From Intoshia linei (lineage: Eukaryota > Animalia > Orthonectida): 64,000 nucleotides of DNA. The position numbers were made by a program, and so were the translations under genes. The stretch spans positions 9,398-73,397 of the forward strand of contig LWCA01000031.1 in NCBI GenBank assembly GCA_001642005.1. Direction: 5' to 3'. Below are positions 40,301 to 54,660 of the stretch, in pieces (position 1 is the first letter of the stretch; the number at the start of each line of letters is the position of its first letter). The notes beneath the pieces are model-generated. The model did no database searches. It had not been told where the DNA came from and saw nothing but the letters and a program-made list of their open reading frames with translations.

Positions 40301-41685
40301 AAAAAGGAGATTCAAATAATTGTAATTATATTTTTGAAAGAGCTATTATGCAGAAATTTAGAAAAGTGGATGATTTAGCTTCAGTGTGGTGTGAATGGGT
40401 TGAATTGTTGTTAAAAAACGACAATCATAGAAAAGCTTTATCGTTACTTCAAAGAGCAATTACTCCCGGTTCAGTTAAAGGAGCGTATCATGACGAAGGC
40501 GTTGAAGTTCAAAACAGAGTTTACAAGTCACTTCGATTATGGTTACTTTATGCAGATTGCGAGGAGATGTATGGAACTATTCATACGGTCAAGGCAGTGT
40601 ACTACAGAATAATGGATCTGAGAATAGCTAATCCACAGACAATTATTAATTTTGCTCAACTTCTTGAAAGTCACTATTATTTTGAAGAATCATTTAAATG
40701 CTACGAACGAGGTATCGCAATATTTAAATGGCCAAATGTTTGTGTAATCTGGTCATTTTATATTAAAAAATTTATTTTACGCTATGGTGGCAGTAAACTT
40801 GAAAGGTTGCGAGATCTTTTTGAACAATGCCTCGAATCTTGCCCCGTTAAATACAATTTCGAGTTTTACGTTTTATATGCCTTTGTTGAAGAAAAGTATG
40901 GTATTAGGTACCACGCACCTGAAATCTATGAAAGAGCTCTCGAAAGTGTTCCAATGGAACACAAATACCAAATTTCCATTCTTTATTTGAACTATATGCG
41001 CAAAGTTTATTCCATTACTAATACTCGCAAAATTTTTCAAAAATCCATTGAAATAATAAACGATGATGGCGCAAGGAAGCTTTGCCAATGTTATGCGGAA
41101 ATGGAAGCTCAATTGGGGGAAATTGACCGAAGTCGGACGTTGTATGTTCACTGTGCTCAAATGTGCGATCCTCGAATTTATGAAAATTTTTGGTCTGCCT
41201 GGAAGAAATTTGAACTCAAATATGGAAATGAAGATACTATGCGTGAAATGCTCCGTGTCAAACGTTCTGTAATGGCATATTATCAAAATGAAGTAATTTT
41301 TTGTCAAATATGTGTATAATATTTAGATTAATGCAAAATTGGTTCAAGCGAAAATATCAAAAAAAAATGAAAATTCACTCGATGACATGTCTGCATTAGA
41401 CCAAGAAAGTCAAATTAAAAATTTAAGCAACCAACCAATCAAAGATATTATTATACCTTCCAATGAGTAATTCTTTTTATGTTTTATGTGTATAATAATT
41501 TGTATTCAGAATTGAAAATGCTCCAGATGAATATGAAATTGATGTTGATATGAGCGATTCTGACAAGGAAATTGAAAAGGATATAGGTTTATCTTTATAT
41601 ATTTGCCATTTAGAATACATGTTTAGTCGATACCACACCCATGTCTGTACCATCTGAAGTTTTTGGCAGTTTAAAGCTCAATTAA
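37389..41685 (+). CDS. XAB2: Pre-mRNA splicing factor SYF1/XAB2 (HAT/TPR repeats)
   Basis: Exons 37389-37415, 37581-37729, 37934-38057, 39394-41292, 41327-41466, 41510-41586, 41627-41685. RNRYSVKAWLNY, GSYKLWHHY, KMPRLWLEY, LLNSVLLRQNPHNV and C-terminal VPSEVFGSL are all SYF1 signatures. Confidence 0.96.
37750..37920 (+). ncRNA. Candidate intronic H/ACA-like RNA in SYF1 intron 2
   Basis: Two long hairpins in a 204-nt, GC-richer, TE-free intron, with imperfect U17/snR30 m1- and m2-like motifs. Confidence 0.3.
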
Positions 41686-41796
41686 TTTAAATATGTATAT
41701 ATTTTATTAAATGTAACTTTTTATCTAAATTTAAATATTCCTTTATTTGCTTTGGAAAAAATTTATTTTAAAATTTTGACAAGATAAAATTATTAG

Positions 41797-42058
41797 TTAT
41801 TCCGTTAACAGGTAGTAAATGAACCCTAAAAATTAGAAATTTAAATTTTAAATTAAGTATACCTGCTATAGGTGTACAAAAGGCACATAGCAGTATTGTA
41901 ATTAATAGTCTTTTCGAATTATTACTATGATTTTGAACTATTACAGTTGTATCTTGTGGAGGTTGATTAACTATTACGTGTTGTGTTGTTCCTTGTTCAT
42001 GTTGAAATTCTGAGCTTCGGTATTGTGGAGGTGGTTGGTTTTGAATAGTGGTCTTCAT
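41797..42058 (-). CDS. 74-aa Pro/Gln-rich protein with PPxY motif and C-terminal hydrophobic segment
   Basis: Exons 42058-41863 and 41825-41797 (37-nt intron): MKTTIQNQPPPQY...LLITILLCAFCTPIAGFIYYLLTE*. Confidence 0.7.
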
Positions 42059-44657
42059 TGCAATACTACCAAACAATGTTTTAATTTATTGTTAATTAAG
42101 TAACTTTATTAAAATTTGATGTAAATATACTTTTTAAAATATTATGTAAACAAATTCATGATAATGTGCGTTACTCATATTTTAAAATATATTTCGGTGG
42201 CGTAACGCAGTGATTCTTAACATTTAACTATAAATTATTCTAATAACTTTTATTTTATTTTAATACATTTTAAACGATTAATTCTAACCTTTTAACCGCA
42301 GCGTCATAAAAATATTTTACCGCTCATTATTATAATTTTTTGTTATACATATACAAAATAAAAATTCAATTCAAAATTCAATGGCAGCTTTTACAGGTGA
42401 ATCAAAAAATGTGTAATAATTTTATTTGAGTGGGTCGCGATACATTTTATAGTAAATTAAATAGTAGGTCCACTGTAAAAAAATTGTGGGAACCCCTTGC
42501 GTATATAACAATTAGGGAATTTTTTTGTCAATAAAATCAATTTTTTCAACGTAGAATATGAGAAAATGCATTTTACATGTTAAATATATTTAGTCAGTTG
42601 TAGACATTATTTAAATGTCAATAAATGAATTTACACGAATGTATATATCGTATAGAATTTGTAAAACTGTGAAATGTACACATTATATGGGCAAGTTGTA
42701 GAATGTATACATGTAGTATATATCTTTACTTATACATTATATAATTGTACTAGGTTGACTGTAATGTACTACGTACAAACAGGATTTAGCTCTGCCGAGG
42801 AAACATTTTTATTACACCAAAAAAATAAATTAACATTGAAAATCTAAATTAAAAATCCTAATATTCAATATTATGAATTCTTTAAAGGAGTGGTTCCCAA
42901 AATTTTTTCAGGTGGAACCATCATATCACATTACTTTTTACTTTAAAGTGAATTATTCCATCTTAATTTTTTTTGTTAACATTTGCGTAAAGAATTTTAA
43001 AAACAATTGTTATCCCATTTTTTGAATTTATTAGACAGAATGTGTGTAATACACAATATTTAATATACTTTAACAAATATTAACAAACTAAATTGTAAAA
43101 TTTCAATATAAAAATTATATTTTAGGCAATAGATTTATGCAAATAGAACATTATAACTCTAACACTGCGATATTTTTGTTTTTAATGTTTCGTCGTATAA
43201 AGTATTCTAATTTGCACTGAAATTGAATTATTTGGATTTTTTATGTCAAGATGAAAAAATAAAAAATTTTTATCATTTCGACGATTTGAGACATTTTTGT
43301 AACGTCACATCAATGTTTATTTTTGATTCTGATCAATTGGTAAAAGTTTTATTGTGTATTTATGATGAAATTAAACATATTACATCAGTGGTTCCCAACT
43401 TTATTAAGTTCACTCTTCCTTTACAATATATTTTTTTACTTTATTGAGTTATAAATTAGATTATTATTTGTCATCATCCATTATATGCAAAATGAACAAT
43501 GTTCATTGAACTTAAAGAAAATTATAATTATAATGAAACAAATTACTCAACCTTGTTAAATAAAGAAACTTTTAATTTAGACCGTGAAAGGTTTAGGAGA
43601 AATGGGGGTCCGTGGAATTTTAAGTTTTAAACTTATTTTTATATTTATATTTAGTAGTTGGATATGATGGGATATACACAAATCGAAAATTTGACCACAC
43701 GCAGTCTAAATATCTTAAATAAATGAACGTAAATAATCAACAAAAATAAACACATTTAATATTAAGTGCTATATTTTGTGTAAAATTAAAAAAGGGTTTC
43801 CAAATAAAAAATCTTTCATTAATTAATAAAAGGGTGCGCGAACGCTACCCAACCATAACAAATTTTTTGCTCAACAAAGCTAATGCAATGTTACGGATGC
43901 CTTTAAAATTGTAAGCAATATAATAACGACATCTGGCCCGAGAGCTATATGATCATCTCGGATACTGCAGTCGTAAATTAACTATACAGTAATATCATTC
44001 TCTTAAATGGAAAATATTTTGAAAAAATTAAATTTCAATGCATAATATATTCAAATTTAAATTTTACCATATTAAAGGAATGAGTTTAAATAAATTTTTA
44101 AATAAACCAATAATATTTATATAGTGGAATATGTTATTAAAAAAAATTTTTAATTTATTTTTATTAGTTGATTTTACCTGTTAATTCATTATAAAGTAAT
44201 TTTTTTTTATGTTAATTACTTTGACAAATTTTTTTTATATTTTTTGATTTAATCGCAATTTTTAAATCAGATAAATTAAAATGTATGAATTAATAATGCA
44301 GTGTTGTATACTATAACTTGGTAGTGTATCTTACATGTATTCAACTACATTTAAACCGTACAATGTACATTTTTTGTGTGGGTCTGTCATCAAAAAATCT
44401 AAGAAACACTGGTTTAAACGTTTGAAATAATTAATATAAATATCCAAAATTATTCCCGAAATCATCCCCTTATCTCAAAAAGGTTTCCACCTCAGTTGGA
44501 TACTTACATACAGAAAGACTATCTTTAGGATAGAAAAAAATAATTTTAAAAATGGTTCGATTAAATTTATCGCATTTACATTTGTTAATAAATTATTTAA
44601 ATTCAGTTAAGAGTGCATTATCGTGGATTCAATCGTATAATGTTATGTACTCGGTGC

Positions 44658-45095
44658 CAGTGGCAGATCTAGGATTTGGGGCTAAATGCATATAATGTAT
44701 TTAAATTTGAATTTTTATATTATGTTTATTAAATATTTCTATTTATAATAATAATTTATATTTTTTTCTAGTTTTCATTTTACTAAATTTTTCAATGTTG
44801 AACATTCAACTGTTGTGTTGTTTAACTGCATCAAAATCGACATTTTTGGCAAATTCTCTTGTGATTATGATCAACGTTAGGTCCTTAACGATAATTTAAC
44901 TTAAACTGATGCTATTAGCATAAAAAATAATACATAGATTAATGATAAATGATGATTATATACATAATACGTAAACGATGGGTTCAATAAAAATTATTTA
45001 ATTTGTCACAATATCAATACACAAATTAAAACATTTTATAGGTAAATTTTCAAACCAGGGGCGGCCGCCCCTGCACCCACCTAGATCCGCTACTG
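44658..45095 (-). mobile_element. Tip100-like hAT MITE
   Basis: TIR CAGTGGCAGATCTAGG / CCTAGATCCGCTACTG, TSD CTCGGTGC/CTCCGTGC. Confidence 0.8.
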
Positions 45096-45291
45096 CTCCG
45101 TGCATCTGAGGTAGTTTATTATTAATTTATAGAACCACTGATAAATTATTAGTATTATTAATATATTTTTTTAGCCATCAAGATATTTCATTTATACATT
45201 AGGAAACAATTTAATATTTGGTTCGTTTCTAATATTAACTTTTTTGTTGGATTAGCAATTGCATAGTTAAATATTTGTTTAAAGTATATAA

Positions 45292-47689
45292 ATGCAAATC
45301 TTTAAAAATTGGTTTATAACAACGGTATATATAATTTGATGATTTTATAAAGATAAAAATAGGTAGTTCTGTTATTGCTTTTTTCTTCGATATTTCTTGG
45401 AATAATTTATTCGATAATACACTATGCGAATTATTTGTATTTGATTTATTTTTATAAGCAAATTTTAATATTTATAAAATAAACAACCTTGCAATTTTAG
45501 AAAAACTCTAGTTCCCATTAAATGGAAAGTTCTTTCTCTAAAAATGCCAGCATTCCAATGTGGATTTACAGGCTCATTCGTGTACTATGAAAATTTTGTA
45601 ATACGTTCAATATATTCACTACAATAAAAATTAATGCAGTAGACGCCAAACAATATTTTGGTGAATCAAACAAATTATTTGCAGTTTTTTATGTAATGTG
45701 ACAGTAGATTATTAAAAATTTTTCGCGAACCGATATTTCGCAAACGCTGCATTACTACAACAGATCAAACTGCATAAATCGAATAAATAAATAATTAATT
45801 TAGTATAACAAAAACGAATGTAATAACACAGAAAACCCAATTATAATTGATGGAGTAAAGTAATTTCATTTTTAATTTTAGATAGTTATATGACTGTTGA
45901 AAAATAAGATCAAATAAAAAATCTAACTTTCCAGTGAGTATAAATGTTAATTCCCTATTAATCAATTCGATATTTTGACCAAAATAAAACTTTAATATAT
46001 AAATTAATTAATTTTTCAAAAAAATACATTTATTTTTCTTATCTGAAACTTTTTGATTAGTATCCTACTAAATACATGTATGCAAAATATAAATATTAAA
46101 AATTGTTAACCAATAAAATAAAAGAAAATACAAATGTATCAATCAAAATAAAATTCAAATAATGTTTCAACATAGATATGCCTGTTTTAAAATTTTGCCA
46201 AATGGCGCAATTTATTTTTATCTAATTTATAAAAAGTTTATTTGAAAAATAAATTTGTAGCCACTTGCAAATTGCAAGTATTATACTGATTATAATTATA
46301 ATCAAATCAAAAAAATGAAAATTTTGTAAATTTAACCCGCGTTATTTACAACATTTATTTGTTTTTTATTTTTTATTTACGTGTTAATAACCTTGAGATG
46401 CAACATGCCAGGTTACCGTGTTAATTAGTTCACATTAATTTTTGGCGCTATTTTTTCATGCACAGGTAATATTTCTGATTTTATTCAAATCCTTTTTATT
46501 GATTTCACGCAAAAATTCGATTCTACTTTATATTGACAATGTTAAATGTTAATAATCGTTGGATTTATAGAGATTTTTATCAAATATTGATTTAGTGGCA
46601 TACATTCAACTATTAAGAAGATTTTGATTATAATTTTATTACTCTTAATATAATCTTTCAGTTTACAACATACATGTATTTATATACTAAATGAAATTTT
46701 TGAAAGCATCATAAATCCTGAGTCTAAAATTAATTTTTTATATTTTAGAGGGTTATATGAAAATGGAGAATATGCTAAATATTGTTTAGGTCCTTATTTC
46801 AATTTTAATTTTATCAAGGTAAATGAATAATTTAAAATTAAATCTTAAATATTTTAATAATACATTTTAGTTTATTGTATAGTTTAGAATATTAGCAGTG
46901 AAATGAATGATTATTGGTACAGCTATAAAATAATTAATGAGCGGTATTGGTAAACTTTAACATCATATATCATTTATTCTAAAAAGTGGGAATGGGCCTA
47001 GGGTTCTTTTATAATATAACTAAATTTGAAAAAAAGTTTCAAATATTTATTTACAAATCTGAAGTGTTTGATATATTTTAAATTATTTTATTTTGTACTT
47101 TTTTAAATTAAAGAATAATTACAATATTTAAAAAATTTTCAAAACCGCACAAAATCGTAATGCAACTTGCACTCAAAGACAGGACCGTGTAGAGGGATAG
47201 AGCCATATGGCCCGGTTTACAATGATGAGGGGCCGAATATTTTAATTTATTAATAAGTAATTTGGAAAATTTCTTAATTATGTCAAAATTAATATGACCA
47301 ATGCGATTTACAACTGTTATTTTCAATTTTTAGGCAATAAAAGATCGATTAAACCAGTTATTCCGATTGAGGTCTCTGGACCCCTTGGTGACCCAAAACT
47401 ATATGCTTGGGGTCCGTGAGATTCAAATGAAATGTAAAAAAAATTTATTCAAATTTTGTTTATTTAAATTTAAATAAATAGTATTTTTAAAGGACGACAA
47501 TTTGGTATACATTTGCTGTTTGTACATTCAATAATGCAAATATGAATCAATATGAGTATTTCCTAAATACTTTAAATATTTACAAGTCATTCGATATAAC
47601 TAGGTAATTTATTAAAATGTACCAATACATTTATTTATAGAAAATTAAAAGATGGAAACATTGAATTTTCATGCAAAAAATCTTACACA
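45292..47689 (+). CDS. Multi-exon membrane protein, weak DEG/ENaC-like; partial model, possibly a pseudogene
   Basis: Phase-compatible exon runs 45292-45324, 45363-45436, 45501-45597 and 46749-46818, 46888-46949, 47493-47603, 47641-47689. A TM helix is followed by SLKMPAFQC and later WTTIWYTFAVCTFNN. The middle and 3' end are unresolved. Confidence 0.4.
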
Positions 47690-49110
47690 GTAATAAATTA
47701 TTATTACTAATAATAATGTTAGTACATTTTTTTATGTTATTAAATCGAGCAATACATTAGCTGTGATTATAATATTATTTCGAAATGGCAAGTTTCGATT
47801 ATTTTAAGGTTTTAGAATGCTTTCTGTAAATGTCCCAAACTTTTTTCTAGCAGTGTAGTACTAACTTAGTCCATATCAGAGGTATCCATCCTCTTGTACT
47901 AACGAAACGATAAAATATCATTATTACTATCACATTTATTGTAATGTAAACTAGGAGTGCCCAAACTTTTTTTGATGCGATCGACTTCTTTTTCAATGAG
48001 TGGCGATTGACTAATACATTGACTCGAAAAAGTTTTTGATAACTACCTATGTTAAAAATTAAACTAAATTATAATTAATAATAAAAAATATGGTATGATC
48101 CTAGAAAACTTAAAAATTAAAATTCGGAATAATTTTAAGAACTTTCGCTGTATATTTGAAAATTATTGGCAAAACCTAGTATAAGAAATAGTGAACTAAT
48201 CCAAATGTTATAATTTAGTGTAGCAAGCATATCATTTAATAATATTGATACACAAGGGTTAATAAGTAAAATTCCCATTCCACATATAATAAACTACTTT
48301 TTAAAAATATATAAATACAATTAAATTTTATAAATATTAAGATAAATTATTTTAAAATAGAGATCATTTTAATGACAAGTATTATTAAAATAAAAAATTA
48401 ATTCCAATTTTTTATATTTGGCGATCGACAGGTTGGACATCTCTAGGGTAAATTATACATTTTTACAAATTAAAAATTATTTAAAAATTGACCAAGAATA
48501 TGTTTTTTAGGATTCTTTTCATTTAATAAAAGAGTAGAAAAGGTTTTTGACCTTGAAGAATTCATATTCTGAGAATGATTTTTGCAATAAAGACTTTATT
48601 GTTGAGTTTTGAAATGGTCCTGAAATATGGGTCTTATGGTTAAAAAGTTGGAAATACCTCATCTAAATTATTTATTACACAAATTAACATAAATTAAACG
48701 TAAATTAAATTGTAGACTACACAAATAGAAGAAATATTTAACCCACATACAACAAATCTATATTGTAAAACAAGGGTAAATTTATTTATATATACAGAGC
48801 GATTACATCATGAAATTTTGGAAAATTATACCAAATTCCAAATATATGTATTTAAATAGATTTATACACAAACTAAGTCAGTGTAGTTTCATAGAATCTA
48901 TTTTTGTGTGTATAGTTGGATGAGTCAGGTACCATCTAAATATGTACCTGGGATATACATTAGGGTGTTACCAAAATCACAAAAATAAAAATTTGCCCAA
49001 TTAAGAAAAAGGTTAATTATTTTAAGTAAAACTAATTTTTAATTTATTAACTGATTTAAATACGATAATGAATAAGAATATTTTATGGCAAATTTGGCAT
49101 TTTGCATATA

Positions 49111-49858
49111 TAGTGGTTTCTGTTTAATATGAATACTGTATAATATGAATTTCATGAAAATAAGTTATATTTGTATAGTATTTATGTGAAAAAGTTTTTA
49201 ATATGAATTTCATTCAATATGAAGTGTGAATATGAATTTGAAGAGAAAAAGATTTTTCGATAAATGATAAAATAAAATTGATTAAACTGTTTGACGAATA
49301 TTCAAATCGATCTCAAAAATATTTAGCCACCAAACACTCAATTTCAGTAGGTTTGATAAATAAGTCGTTAAAAAATTGTGAACAAATCCTTAATTGTAAT
49401 AATTTAAATTTGAATCAGATGAAACAGCCTTGCCTAAGGAAATCTATGAAAATTGAATCAGTGGTTTCAACGTCAACGGACATTAAATATAAGTATAAAT
49501 GGCAATATATTGAAAGAAATAACGCTGGAAATTGCCAGTCTTTTGAATTTGAACGATTTTAAGCCTCTACTGGTTGTTTTAATTCTTTTTTAACCAGAGA
49601 TTCTATTAAATCAAAAAAATTGTAGGAGAATCAAAATTAGTCAGAGAGTCTAAAATATAATAATGGAAAGAATTATTTTCTGAAACTGTAGAAAAATATA
49701 GAAATGATAACATATTTAACTGTGATGAAACCAGATCTTATAAAAGATTACTCCAGATCCAGATATATTAGAAACTATTTTCCATTGGAAAAATAAATAC
49801 TTATACATTTCTGTTAATATTCACTTGATTCTTAATTCATATTGTACAGAAACCACTG
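49111..49858 (+). mobile_element. pogo/Tigger-like deletion derivative
   Basis: TIR (C/T)AGTGGTTTCTGT..AATATGAAT, TA TSD, CENP-B-type HTH remnant, FKASTG and IFNCDET motifs. Inserted in a Buster MITE whose empty site is at about 13868. Confidence 0.88.
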
Positions 49859-50435
49859 TACTCATCAATTTAGTTAAATTTGAATTCAATAGCCACGATC
49901 ATTAAAGATTTGCTTTTTGTTATTCTAATAGAATTAATTGGTTGAAGTATCACATAACCACTTATAAACTTGAGAATATTGTATAAAATTAACAATAAAT
50001 TAATCTAAAGTTTTCATAATCCTATAAATTTGTAATATTTCCGAGGCCCCACGGTTGGAAAACACTGATTTAACTATATGCAAATAATATTTTTCATTTT
50101 TGTTCCACGCAAGACGCATCAATTTACTTGTATTTTTTTAAAAAATAATATTTAGAAAGAAAAACAGTATCTAATTAAAATAGATGTGTTCTTGAATGCC
50201 TCTGTCGCCCGTAAATTTACATCAAAAAGCACTTGCAAAGACAACAATGGTTTATGGTTAATAAATGAACCATGCATCTGATTTGTTTTCAATAAAAATA
50301 GTTTATTCCATATTGTTATTCATATCGATGACATCCACAATACATTTAATTTTCGATACATTTCCGAATAATCATTAGTTACCACAAAATATCAATAAAT
50401 TTATATTTATTGCCATTTTAACATAAAAAACCATA

Positions 50436-53400
50436 ATGGATAACATAATTGAACAGCAGAGATATTGGCACGAATTAGCCGATAGATTATTAGATGGAAT
50501 AGTTGAAGAAAAATTGGTTACTGGAAAGACTGTAATTCAAAATTAATTAAAATAACGTAATTTACGTGTACTTTTAGTTGAGAGATAAAGTGAACAGCAA
50601 CTATCGTCTTCATGTATTAACTAACGTAAAATTTAATTTTTATTAAATTTAACGTTAAATTAGAGATATCTTAAAACAGTACGACTTTTAAAAGAATCAT
50701 ATGCTGATGTGGATGGGTAGCAATTTATAAAATATAAATAAGAATACTTCAAAATTTTTTTAGAATTAGAAAAAAGGTAATCAAAGAATTTGCTGGGCCA
50801 AATGAAATTTCTATATTTTATAGCAAATTGAGAGCCATCAAAAATTACCACAAAAAAAATCCAAATTTGGTAAATTTTACAAAATGTTGTATATGACAAT
50901 TATAATTTTTCAATATAGATTCATATTCCGTTATCTGCAGAATTTGAAGCTATTAAGAAACAACGAGAAAATCAGGATGAAGATGTTATAAGTCATTTTT
51001 TTATATTTTTATTTACTAATTTTTTGTTTAAAGTTTATTTAATTTATTTTTTTAGATTTAGTCACTTTCTCAGATGTGGAAGGTTATGGTCGCTATCTAG
51101 ATTTAAACGACATATTTAACACTTATTTGAATATTAAAGGAATTGCGGTAATAGAGTTGTAAACCTTAATTTAATTATAATATTTAGAAAATTGATTATG
51201 TTACATATTTGACAATTTTTGACCGACTTTTCGATATTCCAAAAGAAAAAAAATTTAATGTTTCTTATAAGAAGTATACTACATATTTTTATTCATTACT
51301 ACTCTTGTTTTAGCTATCTTAACAAACTGTTGGATTATTTGGTAGAATTTAGTGGCAGAATTGATCCCAACAAAGATTTGGTTGTTGTAATATTATTATA
51401 TTGATACTTTAATTTTTGCTGAAGATAATTAAAAATTGACGTATATTATAGGAATATGGTCAAATTCGAAAACATTTTTTGCAGTCTTGGTCAGATGGAA
51501 CGTTTAAGGGTTGGCAGGTGATTTTTAAATTTTTTTAAATTTAATAGCGTTTAGAAAGAGGCGACAACCGCACTGACAAAGGCTGGAGCCTATTTAGATC
51601 TTACTCCTTTTTCTTCTTGGCAAGAATTGACTCCGTTAGGATTAGGTAGGTTGAAATCGGCTTTGCAGCATTTGGGATGCAAAATTGGAGGGTATATTAT
51701 TTTTGTCATATTTGGTATTATATAATAGGTCTTTGGAGGAACGAGCTCAAAGGTTGTTTCATACTAAAAATAAGGATGTTACTCAACTTGATAAATCATT
51801 TTTTACTACTAAATCGAACGGAAAATCTAATAATACGTAATTAATTTATTACACTGATCACCAAAATGTAAAATTGTTTCGACCTTCAGGCATATTTTTG
51901 TTTAGACCGATAGACAAATTGAAAAATCATCATAAACTATTCAATTTTCTGATTTTTTTAATGTATATATCGTCATAATCAGAAAGTGGCAGGTTACTAA
52001 TTTTACAAAAATTGGTCGTTTTAATATGGAATTGCTCTATTACACGGTGCAACACTGAAAAATAAAATCAGATAAAATTTATATCATTAGAACACTAAAG
52101 TTCTAGATAACAAATTGTATAATTCAGAATTATATTTGGAGATCGGGTTCAAAAGTTATTTCCACTTTCAAAATTCTAAATAATAAATAAATTTTTTTAT
52201 ATTAATGTAGACTTTTGCAACGCGATGTATTTAAATATTACTTATTCAAATTTATCACAAATAAGTTGTAATTATAAAAATGTAGATAAATTTTGTACAA
52301 TATGCGGCGTATACATAAAAAAAGACATAAATTATCTCATGGAAACCAAGCTAAATTTGAAAATAACCAAAATATTAAATTTTTTACTAATATTAAAATA
52401 CGTATTTTTATGTATTCTTTAAATGAAAATAACTCTATGGCGGGTGATCTGAGCTAACCGTGAAGTTAATCGCGAATTGTAGCGGATGAGTAAACACTTT
52501 AATAATTTTAAATAATTTTACGTATTATCGAAAAAAACCAATTCACTTGGGGGCTTTAAGGTCAAAGTTATTGAGTTTGATACGATGGATTTATCAAAAC
52601 AAAAAATAAATTACATCATCAGAAAGCCACTGCGAAATAACTTATAAAATTATCAAATAATTTTTTAAAAATTAATTTTAATGAATTCATATTACAATTT
52701 ATACGAATTGGAATTTCCATATAACACTTATTTTTAGCCTAAATAATCATTTTTCAGGTATATATAAATATAGTTTAACGATCTGAAACTATAAGATCCT
52801 ATATATCGTTAAAATTCTAATCGTGAGTAGATTAAGAATAAAGTAATCTTATAATGTATCGCAAAAATTTTAATTTTGTTGAACCGTGTTATAATATTAA
52901 TTATAATTTTCGTTAATTTAAATATCTCATAATCAGTTGAATCAAAAAAATTGGTTAATTATTGAATAAATTTTATTTTATTGTTATTTTAGCGAAGCAA
53001 ATTTTGAATTAGCATGGTTGGAGTGTAAATTATATCATTTGTTTGATTACTTGACTGAACAGCGCAAAAATACTAGAGAAAACACTGAAAGAAAGCAAGC
53101 GCGAACTGCACAAGAATTAATTGACGAAGAAAGTGACGATGAAGCTTCAGAATCTGAACAAGAAGTTGAAACCTTTGATTCCGTTCCTTACAACCCAAAA
53201 AATTTGCCTTTAGGGTGGGACGGTAAACCTATTCCTTATTGGCTTTATAAATTGCATGGATTAAATATTCATTATACATGTGAAATTTGCGGCGATGCTT
53301 CCTACCGTGGACCTAAAGCATTTTCCATGCATTTTAGTGACTGGCGTCATTCTGCCGGTATGAGAATATTAGGAATTCCCAACAGTCCTCATTTTGCTAA

Positions 53401-53661
53401 TATTGTGAAAATTAAAGATGCTCTCATGTGTAATTTTTAATTGAACGTTTACATTTAAATGGTCTAAAATTTTTATTTAGTATGGGAAACAATTTGTCAA
53501 ACCAAAGATAAAGACAAGTGGATTCCGGAAGATGAAGTAATTTCTATATATCAAATATAAATTAATTTAATTTAAATGTATAGGAGGAGTTTGAAGATTC
53601 ACGAGGGAATGTGATTAATAACAAGACGTATCACGATCTCAAACGGCAAGGACTAGTTTAA
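50436..53661 (+). CDS. SF3A3: Splicing factor 3A subunit 3 (Prp9/SF3a60), 14 exons
   Basis: MDNIIEQQR, FSDVEGYGRYLDL, GGSLEERAQRLF, PYNPKNLPLGWDGKPIPYWLYKLHGL, a CEICG zinc finger and C-terminal DLKRQGLV. All introns GT-AG. Confidence 0.97.
51852..52888 (+). mobile_element. Chapaev3-type non-autonomous element in SF3A3 intron 11
   Basis: CAC...GTG termini with TTA on both flanks, internal CNYKNVDKFCTICGVY (Chapaev3 N-terminal C-x-FCxICG motif), and a second TTA-CACGGTGCAACA left end at 52043. Confidence 0.75.
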
Positions 53662-54586
53662 TTATTGGTTGAAATGTATATATTTTTAATTAAATTATTT
53701 TATATTTATTTATTAAATTTTGCTGGGTTTTAAAACACGTTTATACATCGTTTTATTATAAACGTAATTGAACAATTGTAATGCTACAAATAGCATCAAT
53801 TGTTACCATTTTCTATATTATAATTATTTCTCAGTGTAGGCAGCATAAAAATTTCTTATCTTACAATTTTTTTTATAATTAAGTTTGAAAGACAATTATA
53901 ATTACAGATAAAGGTGATAAGATACATGTTACAGATATCCATAATATTACATTGTACAAAAAAACAAAACATTTCACCTTTGTTTTTACGATTTACAGTT
54001 ATATTAGTGTGACCAGAAAAAAAACGTACTATATATTTTAGTTTATTTGGCGATAAATGTAAAGTCAAAACTACTTATCTATGATGACGAATAAAAATTT
54101 TCGGCTTAAAATTTATTCCAAATAAACTAAAAGTGATAGTACGTTTATTTTCTGGTAACATTAGTTATATTCAAAATTACGTCAACATCACAAATATTTT
54201 ATATAAATTTCATTTATTCTTAATCCTTTCATAAATTATGACAAAAATCGACCTAATTATACTACAGTGTACTTACTTGTACAGTAGGGTGTCCACTTTT
54301 TTAAAAATCGAAAAGTATATTTGCATATAGGTGTGTTTTTATGCACTTATCACGAATATGTGAAAATTAATTCATTTAATTGAAATTAAAAACATTTGAT
54401 ATTATTTTTAAAAATGTGAACTATACTTTATTACACTATTTATTTTTAATGATAATGTATTATTAATCTAAATCTTAATGTGCTATAATGTTAATAATGT
54501 ATTACTCTTTATTAGTGTTGTAGTGATATATAACTATCGTACTAATCGAAATTGGAATATATACTTTTGATATAACTCAATTGTGA

Positions 54587-54660
54587 TGTCTAACTGGCAG
54601 AGTGGTTATAGTCATATAATTTTATGCTGCGTCGCTAGAGTTCATATCCCGATTTTGACA
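54587..54660 (+). pseudogene. Degenerate tRNA-like sequence (pseudo-tRNA or SINE head)
   Basis: A-box-like TGGCAGAGTGG, B-box-like GAGTTCATATCC and TGTC/GACA ends. No proper anticodon arm. Confidence 0.3.

Noticed and set aside
40784-41307. Overlapping and antisense ORFs in SYF1 (also 30976, 31952 and 32774 in WDR7, and 17989 in the 7TM gene)
   Set aside because: Shadow ORFs of real coding exons with no protein-like features.
45600-45940. Stop-codon reassignment to explain interrupted exons
   Set aside because: Conserved genes in the window end at ordinary TAA or TGA and their long exons contain no in-frame stops.
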